A stretch of 63,971 nucleotides of DNA, filler included, from Octopus bimaculoides (taxonomy: Eukaryota), in assembly GCF_001194135.2 (NCBI RefSeq). It is 8 parts of 7 records of this genome, joined end to end, with 100 filler letters (N's around TTAATTAATTAA, not from the genome) between each part and the next. Parts side by side here need not be neighbours in the genome. Positions count along the whole stretch, not along the records: positions 50,231 to 52,594 come from NC_068982.1; positions 52,695 to 61,546 come from NC_068982.1; positions 61,647 to 63,971 come from NC_068987.1; 5 more parts are not named here. The stretch is one strand, 5' to 3'. Position 1 is the first letter of the stretch. The number at the start of each line of letters is the position of its first letter. Positions 51,294 through 62,530 of the stretch are shown here, piece by piece. Below the pieces are notes generated by a model. The model did not search any database, was not told the DNA's origin, and was given only the letters and a program-made list of their open reading frames with translations. Made by a program: the position numbers and the translations under genes.

Positions 51294-52547
51294 CAGGGTT
51301 GGACAAAATAATGCAAACAACTTAAAATTTCAAACAAATATATTTTAATATGGCGTAGGACCGCCTTTGGCAGTAATTATATCTTGAGTTCTACGAGGTA
51401 TGGATTCGTACAAAATTTGAATTGTTTCCAAAGGATTTTTTATCTATTCATCCGCTAAAACAGTTTCCAGTTCTTGTAGTGATGATGGTGGAAGATATCG
51501 ACACCTTACTTGCTTTTCTAAAATGCGCCATAAATGTTCAATAATATTGAGATCTGGGGACTGTTGTGGCCAGAAACGATGTTCAACTTCATTAGAATGT
51601 TCCTCGTGCCATTCAGTAACAACTTTTGCAGTGTGAATTGGTGCATTATCATCCTGGAAGATTGCGTTTCTTCCCGGAAACAGTTCCGCAAACATAGGAT
51701 GAACTTGATTAGATAAAATACTTAAATAGTCTTGACAATTAATTCTGCTATGAAGAGAAACCATGGGGCCGGCAGATTTCCAAGATATAGCTCCACAGGT
51801 CATCCCAGATTCTCCTCTATGCTTAACAATTAGAAGGAAGTCTGGGTCAAATGTTTCTTTTGGCGGTCTCCACACGTATACTTGACCGGTGGTCGGAAAT
51901 AAGGCAAAGGATGACTCGTCCGAGTAAATAACATTTTCCCACTGCTCTAGGAACCAATTCTGTAGGTTTCGACTCCTCTCTAAACACTTTTCAACGTTTG
52001 CTTTTGAAAGTAGTGGTTTTCTGATTGCAGCCCTCCCATGAAATCCGTCTTTGTGCAGCTCCCAATGAAAAGGTTTTATGGAAACTGGGTTCTCGAGGTG
52101 GTCATTAAGCTCTGCAGTAATTTGGGGAGCTGTACTATTGTGATCCTTTCTAACAATTTGCATAAGAGTCTGACAGTCCCTATCTGAAAGTTTTGGTTTC
52201 CTTCTGGAGTTTTGTTTCGACGAGGAGGTTTTTCCCTCTTTCTCAAAGGCCGTCGTTACTTTCGAGACAGTACTTCTTGATACACCAAACATTTCAGCTT
52301 GATACACCAAACATTTTCGTTACGCTAGCGCCTGCTATACGAGCACCAACAATTCGTCCTCTTTGAAAGTTCGATAGATCTGTCATTTTAATGAATTTTA
52401 ATTACCTTTTTCTAGTGATACTTGAAAAGAAACAGCAATTTTAGTAAAACATATTAAGCAACACTAATAATAAATCAAAAAGCATAAAAATAAACAAGCC
52501 TTTGACGGTTTTTATAGATATTTCAAATTTAATTTTTCCAACCCCTA
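51294..52547 (-). mobile_element. Tc1/mariner element of DD36E (Incomer-like) type, ~1.25 kb
   Basis: TIR CAGGGTTGGACAAAATAATG / rc TAGGGGTTGGAAAAATTAAA; TA at 52548-49; encodes a transposase. Confidence 0.9.
51345..52386 (-). pseudogene. Tc1 transposase pseudogene (frameshift near 5' end, disrupted near 3' end)
   Basis: MTDLSNFQRGRIVGARIAGASVTK...GRAAIRKPLL...YSDES...FQDDNAPIH-(36 aa from 2nd D)-SPDLNIIE...KGGPTPY*; supplied ORF 51444-52310 is the central part. Confidence 0.9.
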
Positions 52548-52694
52548 TATTCGCAATTTACAACCGAAAGGCACAAAAGGGAGCTTATCTCCCTNNNNNN
52601 NNNNNNNNNNNNNNNNNNNNNNNNNNNNNNNNNNNNNNTTAATTAATTAANNNNNNNNNNNNNNNNNNNNNNNNNNNNNNNNNNNNNNNNNNNN

Positions 52695-54850
52695 TGAAGG
52701 CCCGATCACTCCCGCGGAGGTAAGACGGGTGCTGGCCGAGTGCGCTGGGGAAAAGTCTCTGAGACTGGATGGTCTGCCCTACGAGTTTTATCGTTTAATG
52801 CCGGACTTGTTTGGGGATGTCCTAGCAGGCGTCTATGCAAACTGGCAGCAGAATAGGAGAATTCCCAGTTCTGTAAGCCGGGAAGTTGTGACGCTGATCC
52901 AGAAGGACCCAAGCAAGGGGGATAGCATTAGTAATTACAGGCCCATAACTCTACTTGACGTAGAGTTAAAGATTTTGGCCAAAGTGTTAGCTAAAAGGTT
53001 GACGGCTGTCGCGGAGAAGCTTGTCAGGAAGGCACAAATCTGTGCAATCCCAGGCAGGTCAATCCAGGACAACCTTCACCTTCTCCGCTACACCTTAGAC
53101 AGGGTTGGAAAATTAGCCGGCAAAGGAGGGGCATTGGTCCACTTAGACCGAAGTAAAGCATTCGATAGGGTAGACCATCGGTACCTGGGGGCCGACCTCG
53201 AAGCGGCTGCGATAGGCCCAGGCTTTCGCGGGTGGATCTCCGCTATGTACAGCGGCATCAAGTTCACCGTCCAGATAAGCGGTTACCTACCGGAGCCGTT
53301 TTCGATCAAGCGGTTTGTTCGTCAAGGGTGTCCCTTTTCCCCAGTCCTGTACGTTTTGACCCTGGAGCCATTGCTGCGGAGGCTGGAGAAGTTAGGCAAC
53401 ATCCCTAATGAGATTGGATGCGGTAAGTTCACTTCTGCTTATGCTGATGACGTCACTCTCATCGTGTCTAAAGAAACACAATTACCTCGTGTAGAAGAAG
53501 CTCTCCGAAGATACGAATTGGTGGCTGGAGCAAAAGTTAACAAGGACAAGTCCATCGGTTTGCGCCTCGGCACCTGGAGGAACAAGCCGTTATCGTCTAG
53601 TGTCGTTGGACACTGGACAGATGGTCCCGTTAAGTTGCTTGGAGTTTGGTTTGGTTCAGACTCCCAGACGGAGAAGAATTGGAGCGAGGTAGTGAACAAG
53701 GTGGAGGCCATAGTACGGAAGTGGTCCGGAAGGTTTCTGTCCTTGAAGTGTAGATGGAGGAGGTGCAGGTGTTTATAGCATCTGTAATCACCTACCGCCT
53801 GTCCGTTGTGCCTTGTCCCGATTGTTGGCTAAACAAGCTGATACGACTNNNNNNNNNNNNNNNNNNNNNNNNNNNNNNNNNNNNNNNNNNNNNNNNNNNN
53901 NNNNNNNNNNNNNNNNNNNNNNNNNNNNNNNNNNNNNNNNNNNNNNNNNNNNNNNNNNNNNNNNNNNNNNNNNNNNNNNNNNNNNNNNNNNNNNNNNNNN
54001 NNNNNNNNNNNNNNNNNNNNNNNNNNNNNNNNNNNNNNNNNNNNNNNNNNNNNNNNNNNNNNNNNNNNNNNNNNNNNNNNNNNNNNNNNNNNNNNNNNNN
54101 NNNNNNNNNNNNNNNNNNNNNNNNNNNNNNNNNNNNNNNNNNNNNNNNNNNNNNNNNNNNNNNNNNNNNNNNNNNNNNNNNNNNNNNNNNNNNNNNNNNN
54201 NNNNNNNNNNNNNNNNNNNNNNNNNNNNNNNNNNNNNNNNNNNNNNNNNNNNNNNNNNNNNNNNNNNNNNNNNNNNNNNNNNNNNNNNNGTACTTGGATA
54301 AATTTCCAAAAATCTCTGACTTGGCAGTGTTACAGGAATGCTCTACCTGTTCACGAGAAGTTATCCAGGCACGGTTTAGCAGTGCCACCGACATGTCCAA
54401 GATGCGAGCAGGACAGTGAAACTGTCCAACACGCTTTTGTACATTGTCGGCAGCTCTCCAGCTTGATAATTTATGTAGAATACGTGTTGTCGCATCTAGG
54501 ACGAGTACAGCTGTCGGCTGAGTCTATGATAAAGATGATACCACCAACTGGACTCTCAAAGGAAAGTGAGGCTTGCTTTTTCTGTACGGTAGCAGTGTTG
54601 AAAGAGTGTATATGGAGGACAAGAATGGAAGGTTTTGTGACAGAGTTCTACATATCCGGCCCTGGATTGCTGACTTACTTCAAATACCATCCGAAGAGCA
54701 AGATAGGGCTGGAAAAGAGAACCCTGTCAGCTAGAGTATATGAACAGAGATGGAAGGAAGTGGTGAAAAAGGTGGGTGTGAGTCACCCAAACTAATCATC
54801 GGGAAAATAAAAGGCGAGCTGCTGGACCTTATAGGCTGCCGGGTTGAAAA
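52695..54850 (+). mobile_element. Tx1/L1-clade LINE, 5'-truncated by gap, ORF2 pseudogene (RT + C-terminal Cys/His)
   Basis: DGLPYEFY, YRPITLLDVELKILAK, LDRSKAFDRVDH, RQGCPFSP, YADD; frameshift ~53750; CPRCEQDSETVQHAFVHC at 54382+. Confidence 0.92.
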
Positions 54851-55184
54851 ACCAATTTTTTAATTATAAAATATATATACATGTGTGTATGTGTATGTGT
54901 GTGTATGTATATATGTGTATATATGTATATATATATAGATAGATAGATTATATGTGTGTGTATGTATGCATATGTATGTCTGTATATTTAAAAGGAAGAA
55001 AAAAATATAAGGAAAAAGTCAAATAACATTTGAATTTTAAATGCTGATATATATAAAAACAATCATTAATTTTTAAAAAGAACATACGAACTCATACATT
55101 TTGTTTATTTGTTTGTCCTGTATTGTACTCATCTTTGTATTCGATCCATAGTGATCATAATAAAAATTTATCAGCAAAAGATAG

Positions 55185-55285
55185 CGATAGAGGTACCAGG
55201 CTTAAAAAATAAATCGATTTATTCGACTATATCCCGTCAAGACGGTGCACTAGCATAACCAGAGTTCCGTTACTGAAAACAAATA
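55185..55285 (+). mobile_element. Decayed SINE B 3' fragment
   Basis: GTACCAGGCTTAAAAAATAA...CAAGACGGTGCACTAGCATAACC...TACTGAAAAC. Confidence 0.55.
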
Positions 55286-56267
55286 ATAAATATTAAAAAG
55301 TATCTGAATGTAAATATGAGAAAGAATTGTGAAATAACGTATATAACTGTATGAATCTTCTGAGAATGATAAAATCAAACTATTTACATACAACGCTCCA
55401 CCAAAATTATTTTTTACGCACAAAATACGTGAAAGTCAGATGATAGATAGCATGAGAGATAGATGGACAGGTAGAGGAAAAGATAGATAGAGAGATGGAT
55501 AGACTACTAGACACATGGATAAATGAATCGATTGACAGGTGGATACATTGATGGATAGATAGATGGATTGGTGGATGGATAGATAGATAAGGCAAAGCAG
55601 CCACGAAATAATTCATGCACTGACGCGTGAAAGCTACCCACCATTTATACAAGCCAATCAACTAACAATTATATCGCCATTATATATTCTTTAGACAATT
55701 TTCTTTAAAAAATAACGTTTTCTTATAAAATATGCCATCATTAAAATATTTCTTTAAAACAAATTTTCTTCTAGGAAAGTATATTTTAATGACATATTCT
55801 TTAAAATAAACGATGAATATTTATAAATAAAATTTTATAAACAACCAAGAAACACACAAACTGAAATACCAATTGAAAGCATATTAAAGTAAGAGCTAAA
55901 AATAAACAAAAACATGATTAAATATGCAAACGATATTTAAACCTGAATTGAACTAAAATTGAACCTTGAAATTCTTCGAAGGATAGAAACACAATTCAGG
56001 TAGGCAATGCTTTTCCCTTCTCACGTGGTAAATTTTAACCAACATTACAGCAATTTTTATCTAATTTCGTATTTGCGTTTGAATCATAATTCAAAATAAC
56101 AATAGAAACATTTTTTTGTAAAGAAAGGATACCTTACTGCATAGATGTTTTTATATTAACACCAAACGCATAGTAAATAACTTCGCTTTCTAAAAAAACA
56201 AACAACCATGATGTCTGGTGGGATAACAGAATCATACATAACGCACCATGTATATTTCTGTTACACA

Positions 56268-56303
<36 letters not shown>

Positions 56304-56399
56304 TATATATACATACATACTAATAGATAGATAGATAGATAGACAGATAGACTCGCACAATATATATATTTGGAATACTGTCGTTATCATAAATCCAGA

Positions 56400-56610
56400 G
56401 ACGGCGAGCTGGCAGAATAGTCAATGATTCGGGCAAAATGCTTAGCAGGATTTCGTTCGTCCTTACGTTCAATGTTGAAATTCCGTTGCGTTCGACATTG
56501 ACTTTCATTCTTCCGAGGTCGATGAAACAAGTACCAGTAGGACAGTGGCGTCGATTTAATCAAATTTCTCCTCTCTTCAAAATTACTAGCCTTGTGTCAA
56601 AAGTAAAAAG
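56400..56610 (+). mobile_element. SINE family A (diverged)
   Basis: GACGGCGAGCTGGCAGAAT...AAGTACCAG...AAAATTACTAGCCTTGTG. Confidence 0.75.
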
Positions 56611-56983
56611 GTTAAAATTGCTTCTTTAAAAGTTATATTTCCTAATGTCAGTTTACGGTTTACACTAAAAGGAAGAAATTAACGTATTCGCTTATTATTT
56701 TGCAAGTCGCATTTTTATTCCTAAATTATCCAGACTTTATTCTCTGTAAGTGCTTAAATATATATTCCACATTTTATAAACAAAAATAAAAAAAATTAAA
56801 AAATAACAGCCCAATTTATAGAACATTAATACGTGAATAGATTAGAAATTATAACAATTTTAAATATCAAACATTGAAAGAATAAATAATTTTTTTTCTG
56901 TCAATGGTAGCAATGGTATTTAGGAACTAGTTACTTTCGAAAATATTTCTAATGAGGAATGTTAATAGCAATAGTGTTGCAGC

Positions 56984-57037
<54 letters not shown>

Positions 57038-58629
57038 CAAGAAGAAAATGGAGGGAATCCAGAGGTAGAATTAATCAGCTGTTAGACATTATACTGTGTC
57101 TATTTATTTTTTTTAAACACTTCACATAATATGTAAATGCATGTGTAAAGTATTAGTAATTTCTAAAATAGAGAAAGAAGAGCAGTTTCTTATGGCTGTT
57201 TCAGCCAAGAGGTCACAGTATCCTATATTCTATTTCCATTTTTTCAGTGTGTTGTAGTAAATTGTAGATAAAATTGGGGTACTTGAATAGCCTCTAGGCT
57301 TCGTCAGAGAGTTTTTATAAAATAGTGCAAGAAGTTCATAGGGTTAATTTATGCATATATAAATATATCTACGCTGAGCAACATACACTCGCCAAAGATG
57401 CCTCTTGGGAGATGATGGAGCTTGGAATAGTACTCAAGAAGAATCAGCTTTCTCCGAGATGAGGACCTTTTTCGTTATTATTGTTATTATTATTTTTATT
57501 TTTTTTGCCAATTCATCATCCAGTCCTCTCGAATTTGGAAGAATCTCAAGGACAACAGTCAATGATTGAAAATGTATTTCCACCAAAATGAATTACTCTC
57601 GGTTCTGGAAAAAAATAAATTAAAGTTTGCTCAAAGATCAAATAACCGGTGACCTCTAACTCGAGATAATCCTCTTGCCATCGCAGACACTAGATGGAGT
57701 GAATTAGGCTGCTATTTATCCAACAGAGCCTCTCAAATCTCTTCAACCAACTATTGTTCCACTTCACTAATTGAAACTGATACTAGCAAGACCAGTTATG
57801 TTGCTACGAAAGTTGGATGCACTAAATCTCTGTAACATTGCATATCTAACACTGAAAACTCTTACCCCCCATACAATCAAAACAACCAGTTTGAGTGATT
57901 GTGCCAAGCGAGGTGTTTTCCTTCCACTCTCATCCCACCAGATAAGGCATTACGTATAAATGCCTTTACATCCCAGTGTCAATGTCTTTTTCTATGAACG
58001 TCAATACGTATCTCTCTCAGAGTTGCAGGAATTGAATTGACAAATTAATGATTCTCTTGCGGTCAGCTTTATGTTGTATGCTTATCCATAGGGCCAATCA
58101 GACATCTTTTTATCAGGGCTTCAGATTGCTGTAAAATAAATGTCTCTCCCCAGCTCTTGATTTAAATACAATTTTGTTAGAATTGCTTCTATTTTATGCG
58201 CTGTGTATCAAATTAGAATTATAACAAAATATACGAAGTCACAAAATAAAGATAGTATTTTCTTATGACACAAAATTATATAAAATCAATACATACAGCA
58301 TCGAAAGCTTCAAATTTGATAGAAATATGGAAAACCTCAACTTTAGAATATAGCTACATTACAATAAACTACTCGAATTATGCAAATATATTATTTCAAC
58401 AGAAAAAGCACTGCATAAACCTAGGCATAAGTAACGTCATTTAGGTTTATAAAAAAAGGTTATACTATATTACATAACATATAATTTAAATATTTATATA
58501 TATAACATATATGTGTGGGTGTGGATGTGGGTGTGTGAGGTTGTGTATGGAGGAGGGGGAAGGTGTGTATGTATGTGTAACGTAGATTCTATATGCTACC
58601 TTTTACTAACACGCAGACCAAACATCATA

Positions 58630-59260
58630 TGCTTCTTAGAGTCACAAATGTCTCATCTCTTACTCACCCTCCACTTTTACGGTCCGGGCATCACTCATTA
58701 CTCCAACTTTATTCTGAAAGGTTGCGCCTTCCTACATATAGGTTCCACTCTCCCATTCTCACCTCATTCACCTAGATATAAGCGATAGAAGCTTACAATT
58801 AGTCTGGATTAAGTCCTCCTCATTCATCACTCGTCCACAATATATTTGCTGCTTCTAAAACTATCGGTGCGCCTCCTTCAATCAACAACATTTCATCCGC
58901 ATGTTTACGTTTATATATTTATCTCTATTCACTACGCTTCGAAGTACTTGTCGCTTGTTAGCTACAACGATCACGGTTCTTAGTGAACCTCACATTCCAA
59001 ACTGATACTGGCGGTGCAGATACCGATTCCTTGGTAATCTTTAAAGCACACTTTTAGCTAATTTCATTCCCTACACGCATCCCCGGCAACAAGATAACAC
59101 TCCAAACATGTCTGACCTCTTTCTCATCTCCAATCCCAACCTCTACTAGAAACTCCACTTTCGATCCTAATAGATTAATTACAATTTGTTTTATCGTGAT
59201 ACTTCACAATGCCCCAAAACGCTATGCCACTTCGAGCCAGCAGTTGTCTGGCATTCCACT
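58630..59260 (+). mobile_element. Highly decayed CR1/L2-group LINE relics (RT C-terminal-like, then APE endonuclease-like)
   Basis: NVSSLT...RLPTYRFHS at ~58640-58760; ITVLSEPHIPN*YW...TDSLG...NTPNMSDLFLISNPNLY at ~58965-59150 (cf. LGDFNxH and LDLFLT motifs). Confidence 0.4.
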
Positions 59261-59379
59261 AGTTTTATGATTACTATATCTGACAGCACATTTGAATCTT
59301 CCATGACTCATGAAAACAGCCACGTGGTTTACTAAAAGCATGGAATTGTGCTAGTATTTTTATATTTTGCGATACATAC

Positions 59380-59411
<32 letters not shown>

Positions 59412-59547
59412 CGTTGATTCCTTAAAGTGATTTTAGAACTAGCATTTTTGCTTGTTGCAAAATCAGTGACTGTGTGTTCGCTTGAAATATGTATATATAT
59501 ATATATATTGCGTGTAGAAGCGAGCCATCATCTATCATTTCTAGCAA

Positions 59548-59613
59548 ACGAGGTATCCAGTACTGACGAGTGGCAGAAATAGCCCGAAATCAGGACTGGT
59601 CAACTGGTCCCGT
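59548..59613 (+). ncRNA. Full-length type I hammerhead ribozyme candidate
   Basis: CCAGU-A-CUGACGA-G(U)GGC-AGAAAUA-GCCC-GAAA-UCAG-GA-CUGG-UC|A-ACUGG, plus distal stem I ACG(A)GG/CCCGU across a UAU/U internal loop. Confidence 0.7.
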
Positions 59614-59789
59614 CACTAAGAGACGGTAGGGGTTCGCTCCCTTGGTCGCAATTTTATCGGATGCACCTCTACATCATTAACCAGCTAAAAATGTCTTCTT
59701 GGGGTTAAAAATCGCAGTAGAATCCGCTCGAATGGACAGCCATTTTGCAGTGGCTATGAATATTACTTATACACACACACACACACACA

Positions 59790-59825
<36 letters not shown>

Positions 59826-60303
59826 TATATATATGTATANNNNNNNNNNACACACACACTCACATATATATATGTATATATGTATGTATGTATGTATGTA
59901 TGCATGTATGTACGTATGTATGCATGTATGTACGTATATGTATGTATATATGCATAATCCAAAACAACAAGCGGCACAACCAAACATAGGTGTAATATAT
60001 ACTCACAATATTTCTCGACCAAAATGGGTTTACATTAGAAGGTTTTTTACTACCTTAAGACCGGTTTAAATACTAAGTTAAATCTTGCAATTTATACATG
60101 GTTATAATTTCTATGTTAATGTAACATTAATATTACAAAATTATTCGATATTTTAAGGTAAAATAAAATATTTCCAAAAACAATGTAATACACACACGCG
60201 CGTATATACACACATATACGTGCACAGACAGACAGGCAGGCAGGTAGACAGACAGGCAAGCAGGCAGGCAGACAGACATATAGGCAGACAGACGGACAGA
60301 TAT

Positions 60304-60355
<52 letters not shown>

Positions 60356-60357
<2 letters not shown>

Positions 60358-61224
60358 GGTGTTCGGACAAAATTTGACAGTCTACATAAAAGAAAAGAAG
60401 ACAATATCTCATTTAAAAATTAAATTTTTTTGTTTTAAATCAATAATTCTCAGCCACATTATGACTAGGAGGTAGCAGTTTATTCCATGTAGCCTCCCTT
60501 AACTTCCACCGCGACCTCAAAACGACTATAGAATTTGGCGCATGCGTTCCTCATTGCTTCCCTCGGAAAATCTTTGAACACTTCCTTGATCTTAGACACT
60601 AGCTCGGTTTTCGTGTTGCCAGTAGAGCAGTTACTGCCTTTTTCAACCGCGCTGCACACATAATAGCTTATGATATTATAATCGGAGGAATTAAGAGGTC
60701 AGAAATTAGGAAAGGTGAAGTTTCAGAAATCCTCCGACAACCATATTTGACTCTTTCCGGAAGTATGGCAAGGAGTTGAATCTTGCTGTCACATATGGCT
60801 TCCAGGAGCAACCCTCTCCATCCAGGGATAGGCCACAGTCTCTAGCAGCTTAACATAGTCCTCTGAATTGAGTCCAGATGTGCGGATGAATTCTGGCATA
60901 TGGACGCAGTCAGAAACCTGCTGTGTCCCTTCCAGATTTGTAGTCTCTGTTGCAGTTGTCCATGTCACATATTATAGCCTTTACATTGTTCACAGAGCAT
61001 TGAGTAACATTCATGATGTCCGCATTTTGATGCCCAACGCGAATCATTATGATACAGGCAAATTATTTTCCAATAATCAGATAGCTCCCATATCAGCTTA
61101 CTTTCTTTCCAGTATAGCTTTAATCTTGATGCGCTGCAACACCTCTGAGTGTTTGCTAATACATTAAGATGTTCCTGAAAACAAGGCAACATAGATAATC
61201 ATCAAATTTAGCCCGAGCACCCTG
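60356..61224 (-). mobile_element. Internally deleted maT (DD37D) transposon
   Basis: TIRs CAGGGTGCTCGGGCTAAATTTG / GGTGTTCGGACAAAATTTG; TA at 61225-26; QQDSTPCHTS-(37 aa)-S(for D)YYV...KIKEVF...AC.KF.SRFE..VE.KGGYME*. Confidence 0.8.
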
Positions 61225-61313
61225 TATAGATATGAGAATACATTCCCAACAGTTCAGTTCCGTTTCATTTTACGGATAACACATAACGTTGTGCTCAATA
61301 AATTATACATACA

Positions 61314-61347
<34 letters not shown>

Positions 61348-61647
61348 CGGATTCAGCGGAGCAAAAACAAGCGGGCTAGACCAGTGAAAATTGTACATAC
61401 CCCGATTATCTGCCTGGTATTAAATTGATATTAATTAATATCGAATTTTTACCATATTATGTTAATTAACCATAATCACATTTCTCAAAGTTGGTAAATT
61501 CAAAGCAGAAATTATTTTCTGCAGAGATATTTTCCGGATTCAGCGCNNNNNNNNNNNNNNNNNNNNNNNNNNNNNNNNNNNNNNNNNNNNTTAATTAATT
61601 AANNNNNNNNNNNNNNNNNNNNNNNNNNNNNNNNNNNNNNNNNNNNA

Positions 61648-62050
61648 CGATGGACTTCTTTCAGTTTCCATCTGCCAATTCCACTCACAAGGCTTTGGTC
61701 AGCCCAAGGCTATAGTAGAAGACACTTGCTCAAGGTGCCATGCAGTGGGACTGAACTCGGAATCATGTGGTTGTTAAGCAAGCTACTTACCACACAGCCA
61801 CTCCTATATATATATGTATGTATGTATGTGTGTGTGTGTTAGTCCCTGACCACTGCTTTACACAACTGGTATCAGATTGTTTACACCCTTGTAACTTAAC
61901 AGTTTGGCAAAAAGAGTCCAACAGAAGAGATACCAGGTTTAGATACAAAAAAAGAGTACTGGGGTTGATTTGTTTGGCTAAAAACATTTCAAGGCAGTGC
62001 CCCAGCATGGCCACAGTCCATTTACTGAAACAAGTGAAGGATAAAAAAAG
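61648..62050. mobile_element. SINE B head (-, 61648-61805) back-to-back with a SINE B 3' half (+, 61826-62050)
   Basis: CTTACCACACAGCCACTCC, then (TA)(TATG)(TG), then CAACTGGTATCAG...CCCAGCATGGCCACAGTC. Confidence 0.75.
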
Positions 62051-62073
62051 GGTTAAATTAGAATTAAACTTGC

Positions 62074-62117
<44 letters not shown>

Positions 62118-62210
62118 CAAATTCTTAATCTTAATGGTTAATTCTGGTAAGAAGAGACAAAGGGAAAACCTCCAGTGCTTACATAAATTATGCAAATGCA
62201 AATCTTTTTA

Positions 62211-62530
62211 TCATTTGTTTCTTTCAGTCATTGGACTGTAGCCATGCTGGGGCACCACCTTGAAAGGTTTTAGCAGAATAAATTAATACCAGTACTGATT
62301 TTTTAACGTCTGGTACTCCCACTGTCTGCCTTTATGTTGAACTACTGAAGTTATGGGAATATAACCAAACCAACACTGGCTGTCAAGCAGTGATGGAGCT
62401 CACACACACATGATGGGCTTCCATATAGTTTTCTTCAACCAAATTCACTCACAAGGCATTGGCTAGCCTGGGGCTATGGAAAAAGAGACTTGCCCAAAGT
62501 GCCACACAGTGGGACTGAACACAGAATCCA
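62211..62530 (-). mobile_element. SINE B, diverged, near full length
   Basis: GGACTGTAGCCATGCTGGGGCACCACC...ACTCACAAGGCATTGG...GACTTGCCCAAAGTGCCACACAGTGGGACTGAAC. Confidence 0.75.

Noticed and set aside
57270-57310. Minus-strand CTGACGA-A-GCC-TAGA-GGC, resembling a hammerhead first half
   Set aside because: No GAAA follows stem II and no stem I/III or NUH site can be formed.
11847-61602. Seven TTAATTAATTAA motifs at regular-looking positions
   Set aside because: Always centred between N blocks; six-frame-stop scaffolding spacer, not a biological repeat or CRISPR-like array.
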